47,035 nucleotides of DNA from Abditibacteriaceae bacterium (lineage in GTDB: Bacteria; Armatimonadota; Abditibacteriia; Abditibacteriales; Abditibacteriaceae), in contig JANMKN010000192.1 of NCBI GenBank assembly GCA_031372065.1, positions 1 to 47,035 on the forward strand. Direction: 5' to 3'. Position 1 is the stretch's first letter; each line of letters starts with the position of its first letter. Below are positions 18,463 through 27,802 of the stretch, piece by piece. Below the pieces are notes generated by a model. The model had not been told where the DNA came from. It did not search any database and saw nothing but the letters and a program-made list of their open reading frames with translations. The translations under genes and the position numbers were made by a program.

Positions 18463-19133
18463 GAATCATCTGCCTTCAAGCGGAAGCCGACACCGCGCAC
18501 GGTTTGAATCAAAGGGCGCGCGTGGCCTTTATCAATTTTGTGGCGCAAGTAAGAAACGTAAACATCCAGCACGTTATCGTTGCCGCCAAAATCGTATTGC
18601 CAAACGTGATCGAGCAATTCGGCCCGCGTCAGCACACGCCCGGCATGACGCATGAGAAATTCGAGCAAAGTAAATTCTGTCGCCGATAAAGCAATGCTAT
18701 GCCCGCCGCGTTCGGCATGGCGCGTGGCGGGGTCAAGTTTCAAATTGTCTATCACTAAAACCGGCGGTGTGATGGTGCCACGCCGCAGCAAAGCGCGCAT
18801 CCGCGCCAGCATTTCGGCGGCTTGAAACGGTTTGACAATGTAATCATCAGCGCCTGCATCAAGCCCGCTGATTTTGTCTTCAAGGGCATCGCGCGCCGTG
18901 ATAATCAAAATCGGCACGCCCGAACCTTGCGCGCGCAAATGGCGACAAACTTCAAAGCCGCTCAAACCCGGCAGCATGACATCAAGCAAAATCAAATCGA
19001 ATTTCTGGGCTGTGGCGAGTTCCAGTGCCAATGCGCCATCCGCGCACGAGGTTGGCGTGTAACCGGCCTCAGCGATGGCTTGCTGAAGAAAGCGCGCCAC
19101 GCTGGCATCATCTTCCACAATGAGAATTTTCAT
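18453..19133 (-). CDS. OmpR/PhoB-family response regulator
   Basis: MKILIVEDD, LLDVMLPG, GADDYIVKPF, winged helix VYVSYLRHKID...TVRGVGF. Start set at ATG 19133. Confidence 0.95.
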   Translation of the reverse strand: MKILIVEDDASVARFLQQAIAEAGYTPTSCADGALALELATAQKFDLILLDVMLPGLSGFEVCRHLRAQGSGVPILIITARDALEDKISGLDAGADDYIVKPFQAAEMLARMRALLRRGTITPPVLVIDNLKLDPATRHAERGGHSIALSATEFTLLEFLMRHAGRVLTRAELLDHVWQYDFGGNDNVLDVYVSYLRHKIDKGHARPLIQTVRGVGFRLKADDSCA

Positions 19134-19204
19134 CGAAATTAGTGTAACGATGGCGCGCCTGAACACCCTTTTTCAAATCTCGCAGTTGTGTTTGTTACTT
19201 CAAC

Positions 19205-19244
19205 CAAAACAAAAGACGAGCCGGAAAATCCGGCCCGTCTTTTG
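19205..19244 (-). terminator. Intrinsic terminator after the PepSY gene
   Basis: Minus strand CAAAAGACGGGCCGGA-TTT-TCCGGCTCGTCTTTTG followed by TTTT. Confidence 0.7.
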
Positions 19245-19271
19245 GTGAAACAATTGTGTGCCACAAGACGC

Positions 19272-19658
19272 TTATTTCTTGTCGTCGTCTTTTTCGTCCT
19301 TATCGTCCTTGCCCTTTTCGTCGTCGTCTTTTTCGTTGGGGTCTTCGGCTTCGACTTTCAAAACTTTGCCCGTGTTGGCATCCACGACAACATCAAACAT
19401 TTTGCCGTCTTCGGCAGTGATGTCTATGCCGTAAACCACGATGCCGCCTTCTTTTTCCAGTTCGACTTCGGTCACTTTGCCGGGTTTGGCTTTGAGCGCG
19501 GCGGCTTTGGCCTGCGCCTCGGTGATTTTGGCCTTCAGCTTGTGGTGTTTGGTCGGCTTTGCTGGTTTTCCTGTTTCAGCAGCATTTGACACCATAAAGG
19601 TGCCGGTCAGGGCCAGCACGCAAGTGCCGGCAGCGATGATTTGACGAATGTTCTTCAT
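19272..19658 (-). CDS. Secreted PepSY domain protein
   Basis: Signal peptide; ITEAQAKAAAL...PGKVTEVELEKE...VYGIDI...VVVDANTGKVL; acidic tail; GGAGG RBS. Confidence 0.9.
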   Translation of the reverse strand: MKNIRQIIAAGTCVLALTGTFMVSNAAETGKPAKPTKHHKLKAKITEAQAKAAALKAKPGKVTEVELEKEGGIVVYGIDITAEDGKMFDVVVDANTGKVLKVEAEDPNEKDDDEKGKDDKDEKDDDKK

Positions 19659-19682
19659 AAATTTCCATCCTCCGTGCTTCCT

Positions 19683-19727
19683 ATTTTATGTGCCTCGCGC
19701 CCGCAAAACCTGAGAAGAATCTGAGAA
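19683..19727 (-). promoter_or_regulatory. Promoter with OmpR-type direct-repeat box
   Basis: Minus strand TTCTCAG-N4-TTCTCAG (19727-19710, 11-bp period) over the -35 position, TAAAAT -10 at 19688-19683. Confidence 0.6.
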
Positions 19728-19729
19728 TT

Positions 19730-22700
19730 TTAAGCCGAACGGCGGCGCAATGAAACATAAACCATCGGCGCAAAAAGCAGGGTGAATAGCGTGGAAAAAC
19801 TAAGTCCGCCAATCACAGCGATGGCGAGCGGTTTTTGCATTTCGGCTCCGGCGCCAAGGCCCATCGCCAAAGGCACAAGGCCTAAAATTGCGGTTAAAGT
19901 CGTCATCAAAATCGGACGCAAACGCACGCGCCCAGCGTGCAAAACGGCCAAAGTGGGTTCCTCGCCCGCCGCTTCGTTTTTCTGCGCTTGATCGAGCAAT
20001 AAAATGCCATTTTTTACCACCACGCCGACCAGCATAATTGCGCCCATAAACGAAGAAACATTGAGCGGCGTGTGCGTAAGCCACAAGCCAAACGCCACGC
20101 CGAAAAGCGCCAATGGCATGACGGCTAAAATGGTAATCGGCGCGCGAAATGAGCCGAATTGAAACAGCATCACGGCGAAAACTAAAACAATCGCCAGCAG
20201 CATCACGAGCGCTAAATTATTAAAAGCCGCTTGCTGCGATTGGTATTGGCCGCCCAGTTCCCACGTCACGCCCAGCGGCAGTGAAAAATCGTGCATCACG
20301 CCGCGCACATTGGCGACTGCGCTGCTTAAATCGGCGCCTTCGAGATGGGCCGAAACCGCTACCATGCGCCGCTGATTTTCGCGGCCAAGTTCAGTCGTGC
20401 CGGGAACGCTTTCGAGCCTCGCCAATGAAGAAAGCGGCACAGAAAAACCGCCCGGCGCGGCAATTGGCAAAGCGGCGAGTTGGGCTTTGTCCGAGCGCAA
20501 AATTTGCGGCAGGCGCACGCGGACGGGAATTGAACGGTCGGTTTGCAGCAATTGCGTGGCGACGTTGCCCAGCAAGGCGGTTTGCGTTTGATCGGCGATT
20601 TGCGAAGCCGAAAGTCCAACGCGGCCTGCGCGGTCGGGCAGGACATTGGCAACAAGTTCCGGCCCAGCTTCGACGACACCACTCTGCACGTCTACAAAGC
20701 CGGGCAGTTTTTCGATTTTGACGGCGATTTTTTTTGCCGTCTCATCTAAAACTGCTTTATCTTCGCCGAATAATTTCACTTCCATGGGCGACGGTGCGCC
20801 CGATAAATCGCCAATGATATCTTGCAAAATTTGCACAAACTCCACATCGGTGCCCGGCACTTCTTCGACAACTTCAGCGCGAATACTGTCTATTACGCTT
20901 TCGATGTCGCGGCGCGGGCGATTTTTCAGCATGACGGCAAAGTCTCCGGTGTTCGGTTCGGTAATAAAAAAGCCCATTTCGGTGCCGGTGCGCCGCGAAA
21001 ACGAAGTCACTTCGGGCGTTTTCGACAGGATTTTTTCGATACGAAAAAGCAAGCGATTGCTTTCATCAAGCGAGGTGCCCGGCGGCGTGAAATAATCGAG
21101 AATAAACGAGCCTTCGTCCATTGTAGGCATGAAGCCGGTTTCGAGTTTGGTGCCGAAAAACAAGGTGCCGCCGATGATGCACGCGATGCCCGGAACCAGT
21201 AGCCAACGATGTTTCAAGGCGCCGCCGAGCAAGCGTTCGTAGCCGCGCAGCAAGCGGTCGAAAACTGGCCCGTGTTCGCGCTGCCCGGTGCGAATTTTCA
21301 AAAACGTGGCGCACAAACTGGGGCTGACAAAAAGTGCCAAAACCAAGGAAACGAGCAGGGCAATTGTCAACGTTAGCGCCAGCGCCGAAAAGAAGGCGCC
21401 TGCCACGCCGGAAAGCAGCGCCAGCGGCAGAAAAACCACAACCGTTGTCAACGTTGACGAAATCATCGGCGCTGCAATTTCCTGCGCCGCCGCGCGCACC
21501 GAATCGGCGGGCGATTCGCCATGCGAGAGATGACGAAAAACGTTTTCCACCACCACAATCGCGTCGTCAATGACAAGCCCGATGCCAACGGCCAACGCGC
21601 CCAATGTCATTAGATTTAGCGTTAAACCGACCCAGCGCATAAAGGCAAACGAAATCAAAACTGTGGCCGGAATAATGGCGCCCGTCACCAAAGTGGCGCG
21701 CCAATCGCCGAGAAACAGCATCAGCACCACGATAGCCAGCACGCCGCCGATGAGAACCGCATCGCGCACGCTGGTAATGGCATCGTTGATGAGAATTGTC
21801 TGGTCGTAAAACGTCGAAAGCCGCGCGCCTTTGGGCAATTCGCGGCGCAAGGTTTTTAGTGCTTCCTGCACACCTTGCGCCACAGAAACCGAATTCGCAT
21901 CCGGCTGGCGCACGATGTTGAGTAGCACACTTTCGCGTCCTTCGGCGGTGACGATGGTTTGCCGGTCTGCCTCTGAAGCGCGAATTTGCGCCACATCGCG
22001 CAAATGCAGCGGCACGCCGTTGCGCTGCGCCACGACGACTTCGCCAAGCTGGGCCATGCCTTGCGCCTGACCGGAAACAAGAGCCTGATATTGTTGAAAC
22101 TGCGCATCAAAACGGCCCGCCGCGCGCACCGTGTTCGATTGCGCGAGCGCGTCCGAAACGTCTTGCAAAGTCAAGCGATAAGCCGCCAAGCGCTGCGGGT
22201 TGACTTCGACAGAAATTTCCGGCGCGCTGCCGCCTTGCACCACAACTTTTGCCACGCCCGGCACACGCGAAAGGCGCGGACGCAAGGTGTAAGTCGCCAA
22301 TTCCCACAACTGCGACTGGCTTAATTTTTCCGATTGCAGCGACAAACCGAGAACAGGAAATACCGTTGGGTTCATGCGTTCGACGCTAACATCGGTGCCA
22401 GCGGGCATGACGCCGCGCGCTTCGGCGATTTTTGCATTGACTAAATTTTGCGATTGCACAATGTCGGTGCCATCGGCAAAATCAGCGGAAATTTCCGCGC
22501 CGCCGCGCTGCGATTTGGACAGCACGCGCGTGACGTGCGGCACGCCTGCAACAGCTTCTTCAATCGGGCGCGTGATGCCCGTTTCCACTTGGCGCGCGGG
22601 CATATCGCCCGCTTCAGCAATGATAACAAGGCGTGGAAAAGTCACGTCCGGCAGAATCGAAACCGGAAAGGTGCCCGCCAAATAAAGCCCACCCAAGCAA

Positions 22701-22762
22701 GCCACCAAAGTGACAAACAGCACCGCTTTAAAATGCGTGGTGGCAAAACGAGCGAAGTTCAT
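19730..22762 (-). CDS. RND efflux permease (CusA/CzcA/AcrB superfamily)
   Basis: LNLMTLGALAVGIGLVIDDAIVVVEN, GVVVKNGILL, RLRPILMT, PLAIAVIGG. Start set at ATG 22762 (track uses GTG 22783). Confidence 0.95.
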   Translation of the reverse strand: MNFARFATTHFKAVLFVTLVACLGGLYLAGTFPVSILPDVTFPRLVIIAEAGDMPARQVETGITRPIEEAVAGVPHVTRVLSKSQRGGAEISADFADGTDIVQSQNLVNAKIAEARGVMPAGTDVSVERMNPTVFPVLGLSLQSEKLSQSQLWELATYTLRPRLSRVPGVAKVVVQGGSAPEISVEVNPQRLAAYRLTLQDVSDALAQSNTVRAAGRFDAQFQQYQALVSGQAQGMAQLGEVVVAQRNGVPLHLRDVAQIRASEADRQTIVTAEGRESVLLNIVRQPDANSVSVAQGVQEALKTLRRELPKGARLSTFYDQTILINDAITSVRDAVLIGGVLAIVVLMLFLGDWRATLVTGAIIPATVLISFAFMRWVGLTLNLMTLGALAVGIGLVIDDAIVVVENVFRHLSHGESPADSVRAAAQEIAAPMISSTLTTVVVFLPLALLSGVAGAFFSALALTLTIALLVSLVLALFVSPSLCATFLKIRTGQREHGPVFDRLLRGYERLLGGALKHRWLLVPGIACIIGGTLFFGTKLETGFMPTMDEGSFILDYFTPPGTSLDESNRLLFRIEKILSKTPEVTSFSRRTGTEMGFFITEPNTGDFAVMLKNRPRRDIESVIDSIRAEVVEEVPGTDVEFVQILQDIIGDLSGAPSPMEVKLFGEDKAVLDETAKKIAVKIEKLPGFVDVQSGVVEAGPELVANVLPDRAGRVGLSASQIADQTQTALLGNVATQLLQTDRSIPVRVRLPQILRSDKAQLAALPIAAPGGFSVPLSSLARLESVPGTTELGRENQRRMVAVSAHLEGADLSSAVANVRGVMHDFSLPLGVTWELGGQYQSQQAAFNNLALVMLLAIVLVFAVMLFQFGSFRAPITILAVMPLALFGVAFGLWLTHTPLNVSSFMGAIMLVGVVVKNGILLLDQAQKNEAAGEEPTLAVLHAGRVRLRPILMTTLTAILGLVPLAMGLGAGAEMQKPLAIAVIGGLSFSTLFTLLFAPMVYVSLRRRSA

Positions 22763-22777
22763 GAAGTGCTTTGTTAA

Positions 22778-22801
22778 GGGCACGCCGTAGCGTGTCCCTA
22801 C
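22778..22801 (-). repeat. GTAG-type REP-like palindrome
   Basis: Minus strand GTAGGGACACGC-TACG-GCGTGCCC; its TAG is the MFP stop codon. Confidence 0.55.
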
Positions 22802-24690
22802 TTTTCCTCCGCCTTGCCCGCCAATTTCACCTCGGCGCCATCTTCTAATTCATACTGGCCGAGGCGGATGACGCTTTCGCCCGCTTTGAGGCCGGAACGG
22901 ATTTCGACAAGGCCGTTTTGCGCCGCACCGACGCTGATTTCGCGCTGCTGCGCCTTGCCATTTTTCATCACAAAAAGCGCCGGTTTGCCTTCGCGCGTGA
23001 TGACGGCTTGCGGCGGAACGGTAACGGCTAAAGGCCGCGTGGCGGTGATTATTTCTGCACTGGCGAGCGCGCCAATTTTCAGGGCGCCGCTGGCATCGAA
23101 AACCGCAAGGCGCACGGCGAGAAGGCCACTTTGCGGATCAATTTGCCCGACGCTGCGCACTTGCGCTGAAAAAGTTTTATTTGGCGCGCTTTCGGCGCGC
23201 ACGCGGGCCGTTTGTCCGGCGCGCAATGCGGCGGCGCTTTCGGCGGGCAAATTCGCCATCAAATCGAGCGAGCGCGTGTTGGCAATTTCGACAACGGGCG
23301 TGGTAGTGTCGGCCACATCGCCGGGATTAAGATTGCGTTTGAGAACTAAACCCGACAGCGGCGCGCGCAATTCGAGCGTGGCGGCTTGCGCGATGGCGGC
23401 AGTGACATCGGCGCGTTTGGCTTGCACAGCGGCGCGGCGCGCTCCGGCGTCGGCGGCTTTGACGCTCACTTGCACCTGCGCGGCGCGCGCCGCTTCGAGC
23501 GCGGCTTGCATTTGTGTCACTTGCGCGTCGCCGGTTTGCCTCGCTTGCTGCAAGGCTTCGCGCGCCGCATCCACTTTGAGTTGCGCGGCGCGAATATCTT
23601 CGGGCCGCGTTTTGCCCGCTTGCGCCGCATTTTTCTCGGCTAAATTGAGCGCGGCTTTGGCTTCGCTAATTTGCGCGTCGCCACTTTTTTGCGCGGCTTG
23701 CAAAGCCTGTTTCGCGCCCTCGACGCGCAGTTGCGCGGCTTGAATTTCTTCGGTGCGCGCGCCCGCTTTGACAAGAGCCAGAGCGTCTTGCGCGCTTTGC
23801 AAATTCGATTCGGCGACGCTTAAAGCGGTCTTGGCATCTTCCAATTCGCGGCGCGGCTTGATGCCTTTATCGAAGAGAAATTGCACGCGTTCAACTTCCG
23901 CTGCTGCGCGCTGTTTTGTGGCTGCGGCGCTGTCCACGGCGCGCTGCGCTTGCGCGATTTCTTGCGGGCGCGCTCCTGCTTTGGTTTTGTCCAGTTCCGA
24001 TTGCGCTTGTTCGATAGCGTTCTGCGCTTGTTGAACGGCACTTTCGCGCGCGGCTTGGGCCGACGTTAAAGTCAATTTTGCTTGGTCAACCGCGCCTTGC
24101 ACATCGGGCGCTTCTGCGGCGAGACGGGCGCGTTGCCAATCGTTGCTGGCCTGTTGAAGCGCGTTTTGCGCCTGCGTAATGTTTTGTGTCCGCGTTTGGC
24201 GCGCGGCCCCTAAATTCAGCGTCGCTTGCTTGATGGCATTATTGGTTTCGCTTTGCGTGGCCCGCGTGGATAAATCGGCGCTGTGAGCGTCAGCCTGCGC
24301 AGCGGTAACAGCAGCGAGAGCGCTTCCGGTTTGTGCCCGCGCTGCTTGATTGTCAAGGCGCGCGATTAATTGTCCTTGGCTGACATATTGGCCTTCGCGC
24401 ACGAAAACGCCCGTCAACCGGCCCGCCACAGGCGGCGCCACGCGCGCGCTTTCGCCTTGTCCGGGCGTGAGCGTGCCTTGCGCCGCGATGGTTGTTTCCA
24501 TCGGATGTAGCGCCGCTGCAATGACTTCCACGGCAACCGGCGCCGAAGATTCTTCTTCGTCTTTGGTTTCGCTTGTGGTTGTTGTAGAAACCTTTGTTTG
24601 CGTGGTGTTTTGATGGCGCCACAGCGCGATGCTGGCGCATAAAATGAGAATCAGCAAAACCGAGATAATGCGAGACGTTTGCGCTTTTAT
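22798..24690 (-). CDS. RND periplasmic adaptor (membrane fusion protein) with very long alpha-hairpin
   Basis: Lipoyl halves VAPPVAGRLTGVFVREGQYV and LRAPLSGLV; GLKAGESVI. Start proposed at ATA 24690; first canonical start is TTG 24657. Confidence 0.9.
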   Translation of the reverse strand: MKAQTSRIISVLLILILCASIALWRHQNTTQTKVSTTTTSETKDEEESSAPVAVEVIAAALHPMETTIAAQGTLTPGQGESARVAPPVAGRLTGVFVREGQYVSQGQLIARLDNQAARAQTGSALAAVTAAQADAHSADLSTRATQSETNNAIKQATLNLGAARQTRTQNITQAQNALQQASNDWQRARLAAEAPDVQGAVDQAKLTLTSAQAARESAVQQAQNAIEQAQSELDKTKAGARPQEIAQAQRAVDSAAATKQRAAAEVERVQFLFDKGIKPRRELEDAKTALSVAESNLQSAQDALALVKAGARTEEIQAAQLRVEGAKQALQAAQKSGDAQISEAKAALNLAEKNAAQAGKTRPEDIRAAQLKVDAAREALQQARQTGDAQVTQMQAALEAARAAQVQVSVKAADAGARRAAVQAKRADVTAAIAQAATLELRAPLSGLVLKRNLNPGDVADTTTPVVEIANTRSLDLMANLPAESAAALRAGQTARVRAESAPNKTFSAQVRSVGQIDPQSGLLAVRLAVFDASGALKIGALASAEIITATRPLAVTVPPQAVITREGKPALFVMKNGKAQQREISVGAAQNGLVEIRSGLKAGESVIRLGQYELEDGAEVKLAGKAEEK

Positions 24691-25922
24691 GGTAATGTGC
24701 CTCCGACGGCGCGTTGCAAATCGGCGCGGGCGATGTTGAAAGCGGCCAGTGCGCGCGTGTATTCGGTTTGTTCGCTGCGCAAAAGTTGCTGGGCATCCAA
24801 AACTTCCAGATAGGAACTGGCGCCTTTTTCGTAGCCGGTTTGCGCCATGTCGAGCAGTTCTTTGGCTTGATCAAGGCGCCCTTTGCGAAACGATTGGACC
24901 ACGCGCCGCGCGCTTTGCAGCGTATTGAAAGTGGTTGTAACTTCGAGGGCCAAAGCACGCTCGGTTTCTTGCACATTGGCTTTTTGTTCTTCTAAAGCCG
25001 CCTGCGCTTCGCGCACTCCGGCGCGGTTGCGGCCCCGGTCAAAAAGCGGCATTTCGATACCGACGCGCACCGATAAACCGTTGTTAGACGGATAAATTTT
25101 GCCCTTGCGCCCTTCGACAAACGCGTCCGGCTTGCTTTGCGAGCGCGCTTCGCGGATGGCCGCTTCGCGCACTTTGATTAAAGCACTCGCGCTTTGCGAA
25201 TCGGCGCGCTTTTGCGCGGCGAAATCTTGCAAAATTTGCAGATTGAGATCGTCAGTTTGAAAATCTAACGTGCCCGTCAAATGCAGCGCAGCGTCTTGTG
25301 CCAAACCTAAAAGCGAACGCAAATTGGCGTAGCGATTTTCGCTTTCGCTGCCCGCTTTTTCGAGTTCCCCTTGGGCGCGGGCCACTTCGATGCCTGCGCG
25401 CACCACATCGCGCCGCGCCACATCGCCCGCTTGAAATTGCGCTTGTCCGGCATCCAGAAATTTTTGATTGGCCTGCAACGATGAGGCGGCTAATTCGCGC
25501 TGCGCATCGGCGCTCAAGGCTTCAAAATACGCGCTGCGCACGGCAAAATCCAGCGTCGCTAAAGCGCCGTTTTGCTGTGCCTCGGCAGCGGCCAATTCGC
25601 CTTGGGCCACGCCTGCGCGCGCGGCGCGCTTGCCGCCCAATTCAAAAATTTGCGCCGCTAAAATGCCTTCGTCAAAACCGCCGGTTTGCCCTTTCAGCGC
25701 GTAAGGTTGCGCAACGGCTAAAGTGGGATTGGGCGGCGAAGCGGCGACTTGTAAATGGGCTTTGGCGCCTTGCACGCGCGCGTTGGCGGCATCAAGCGCC
25801 GGGCTGTTTTTATGGGCCAGCGAAAGCGCCTGTTCCAACGATAAATCTTGCGCTGATGCCCAAGGCGCCGCGAAAATAAAGGCGCCGCATAAAGTGAAAA
25901 GAGACTTTGAGAAAAAAGGCAT
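24687..25922 (-). CDS. TolC-family outer membrane efflux protein
   Basis: Signal peptide; LSLEQALSLA, PNPTL, ELGGKR, MPLFDRGR, YEKGASSYLEVLDAQ. Start ATG 25922 or TTG 25940. Confidence 0.93.
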   Translation of the reverse strand: MPFFSKSLFTLCGAFIFAAPWASAQDLSLEQALSLAHKNSPALDAANARVQGAKAHLQVAASPPNPTLAVAQPYALKGQTGGFDEGILAAQIFELGGKRAARAGVAQGELAAAEAQQNGALATLDFAVRSAYFEALSADAQRELAASSLQANQKFLDAGQAQFQAGDVARRDVVRAGIEVARAQGELEKAGSESENRYANLRSLLGLAQDAALHLTGTLDFQTDDLNLQILQDFAAQKRADSQSASALIKVREAAIREARSQSKPDAFVEGRKGKIYPSNNGLSVRVGIEMPLFDRGRNRAGVREAQAALEEQKANVQETERALALEVTTTFNTLQSARRVVQSFRKGRLDQAKELLDMAQTGYEKGASSYLEVLDAQQLLRSEQTEYTRALAAFNIARADLQRAVGGTLP

Positions 25923-26069
25923 CAAGCAGAGATTTTTCAAAAGCTGTGCGACAATTGCAAGCCCGCGCCGTGTTCTTTGCCACGCTGGTCGTGAATAAGC
26001 GGCGGCAAACGCAGAGTTGCCACCAAAGAAAAATGAAAGCGGGCGCCATTAAAGTTGTTCACATTGCCT

Positions 26070-26114
26070 ATTGTGCCAAAGGGCAGATGGGGAAACTTTG
26101 GAAAATCCTGAGAA
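26070..26114 (-). promoter_or_regulatory. Candidate promoter with a degenerate copy of the TTCTCAG box
   Basis: TTCTCAG at 26114-26108, a 4/7 copy at 26103-26097, CACAAT at 26075-26070; same spacing as at the PepSY promoter. Confidence 0.4.
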
Positions 26115-26140
26115 TGCGCATTTTGTTTGCAGATTGAAAA

Positions 26141-26341
26141 CTACCGGGGCCGATGGCGCGCCACTTCAAACAAAAATCCCAGCGCGATGATAAACATTAT
26201 CACGACCATCGCCACGATAACATAGATAATTCGGGTGCCAACAGGATCAGCGGAGGAAGGTATGTCATCGCCAGTTGCTCCTGCTGCATTGACGCCATGC
26301 TGCGCCCCATCGTCATCGGTGCTGCCATTTTGAGAAATCAT
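26141..26341 (-). CDS. Small single-pass membrane protein
   Basis: Acidic N-terminus, one hydrophobic helix, basic C-terminus; in series with neighbouring ORFs. Confidence 0.65.
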   Translation of the reverse strand: MISQNGSTDDDGAQHGVNAAGATGDDIPSSADPVGTRIIYVIVAMVVIMFIIALGFLFEVARHRPR

Positions 26342-26352
26342 AGAAACTGCTT

Positions 26353-26682
26353 TTAAACGTCTGGTGTTGCTGGCGGCTCATCTTGCTTTTCTCTGAGCGC
26401 GGCACCAAATTCTTTGGCCCACAGTTCAATGATTTCCACTGTTGCGTAAGCGTTGGGATTGATTTTTATCTGCCACAACGGTGCGGTTTTTATATCGTGG
26501 CCGGGTTCTAACATTTTGAAAACTTCGGGCAAATCGGGATTGCAATCGGCCAAAAAACTGCGTGCCTCGGTGCTCAAATGCACTGGCTCAACTTCTTTGA
26601 CGATTTCGGCTTCAAAAAACAAAGCGCGTTCGACAAACTCCGCGCGCCGCAATTGAGCTTCAATGGCATATTTTACTTGCAT
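26353..26682 (-). CDS. Hypothetical protein
   Basis: 109-aa ORF with natural composition, fills the gap in a minus-strand gene run. Confidence 0.65.
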   Translation of the reverse strand: MQVKYAIEAQLRRAEFVERALFFEAEIVKEVEPVHLSTEARSFLADCNPDLPEVFKMLEPGHDIKTAPLWQIKINPNAYATVEIIELWAKEFGAALREKQDEPPATPDV

Positions 26683-26703
26683 AATTGGTCAGGGGTTCAA
26701 TAC

Positions 26704-26928
26704 TCACTTGCTGCTGCCCCCTAATTTGCCGAGGTCAAGAAAATTCTTATCGTCGGACAAATCCTGTGAGATGCGATCAAAAACTTTCCACGCTTCACTC
26801 TCGTTGGCATGATGCGCCAAGGGAGTGACTTCTGTGCCGAAATGCACCTCAACGGTGCCGTTGGAAACTGTTACTGCTGTTGCCTGATCCAGATTGCACA
26901 ACACGCCAAATTCACTGCGAATCCACAT
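26704..26928 (-). CDS. Hypothetical protein
   Basis: 74-aa ORF, ATG start, purine-rich upstream, beta-then-alpha pattern. Confidence 0.65.
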   Translation of the reverse strand: MWIRSEFGVLCNLDQATAVTVSNGTVEVHFGTEVTPLAHHANESEAWKVFDRISQDLSDDKNFLDLGKLGGSSK

Positions 26929-26987
26929 AAACGTTTTTCCCTTTCGTTCGGACTTGGTGCCTTACTGCAAGCATATCAAATACCGGC

Positions 26988-27701
26988 TTATTTAGCCGAA
27001 AGCTGATCCAACTGGCGCTGAATTTTCACCGCTCCCGCCAACGCTGGAACCGCCAGCGCATTGAGCGGCGCGCCAAACATGCGACACACATCCAAACCCC
27101 ATACGGCGTGACCAAGCGCATTGACGTGACACGGGTCACGCATTAAATCGCGAAACGCTTCCACGTCGTGAGCGCGCAACAATTCCCAGCGCGGCAGATT
27201 ATCCAATAGCGGCACGCTTTTCATGTCGGCCACCTCGCGCACGATTTGCATGAAATCCAAAAAATGTGCAGCGTGCATTGCATCAAGGCGCTCGCCATTG
27301 AAGCTGTAATAGGTTTGCAAAACCGGCACGCAAGTGGGCAAAGCCAAAAGCCGCGCCGTAATTTCCTCAAGGTTGGCGCGAAATTCCTCGGCGCTCATAT
27401 TACGTTCTGGATTGGAATCGTTGCCGCCGATGGTGACAATAACCGCGTGCGGCTCATAGAAGGCCACATCACGCTCCAAACGCCCCAATAATTCGCGCGT
27501 CGTCTCGCCGCTGATGCCAACATTGATGCAATGATGCACGCGCCCATAGCGATGCCGCAAACCCACATCCAGCCAATCGAACCAGTTATGCGCGCCTTCG
27601 CAATGCTCCGCGCGTTCTGTATTCGATGAGCCAAACGCCACAATGCGCGTTAATGGCTCGGTGCGAAAGCGTTGGATGAGTTGATGGAAATCGTTTGGCA
27701 T
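26988..27701 (-). CDS. SGNH/GDSL hydrolase
   Basis: Block I VAFGSSNT, block II NVGISG, block III GGND, block V DPCH. Start set at ATG 27701. Confidence 0.88.
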   Translation of the reverse strand: MPNDFHQLIQRFRTEPLTRIVAFGSSNTERAEHCEGAHNWFDWLDVGLRHRYGRVHHCINVGISGETTRELLGRLERDVAFYEPHAVIVTIGGNDSNPERNMSAEEFRANLEEITARLLALPTCVPVLQTYYSFNGERLDAMHAAHFLDFMQIVREVADMKSVPLLDNLPRWELLRAHDVEAFRDLMRDPCHVNALGHAVWGLDVCRMFGAPLNALAVPALAGAVKIQRQLDQLSAK

Positions 27702-27802
27702 AGGGCATTCAGTTTGACATGACAAAGGTTTCGACAACTTGAGTGCTGGCAAACAATTTCGCTGAACGATAGCATAAATTGAAAGATACAGTTCGACACA
27801 AA

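Noticed and set aside
22814..23743. 309-aa plus-strand ORF and other long antisense ORFs
   Set aside because: Antisense shadows of well-supported Ala-rich or GC3-biased genes.
25810..26049. 79-aa Cys-containing ORF ahead of tolC as a metal-sensing leader
   Set aside because: Overlaps tolC by over 100 nt, has no clear RBS and no recognisable family; not supportable, though not excluded.
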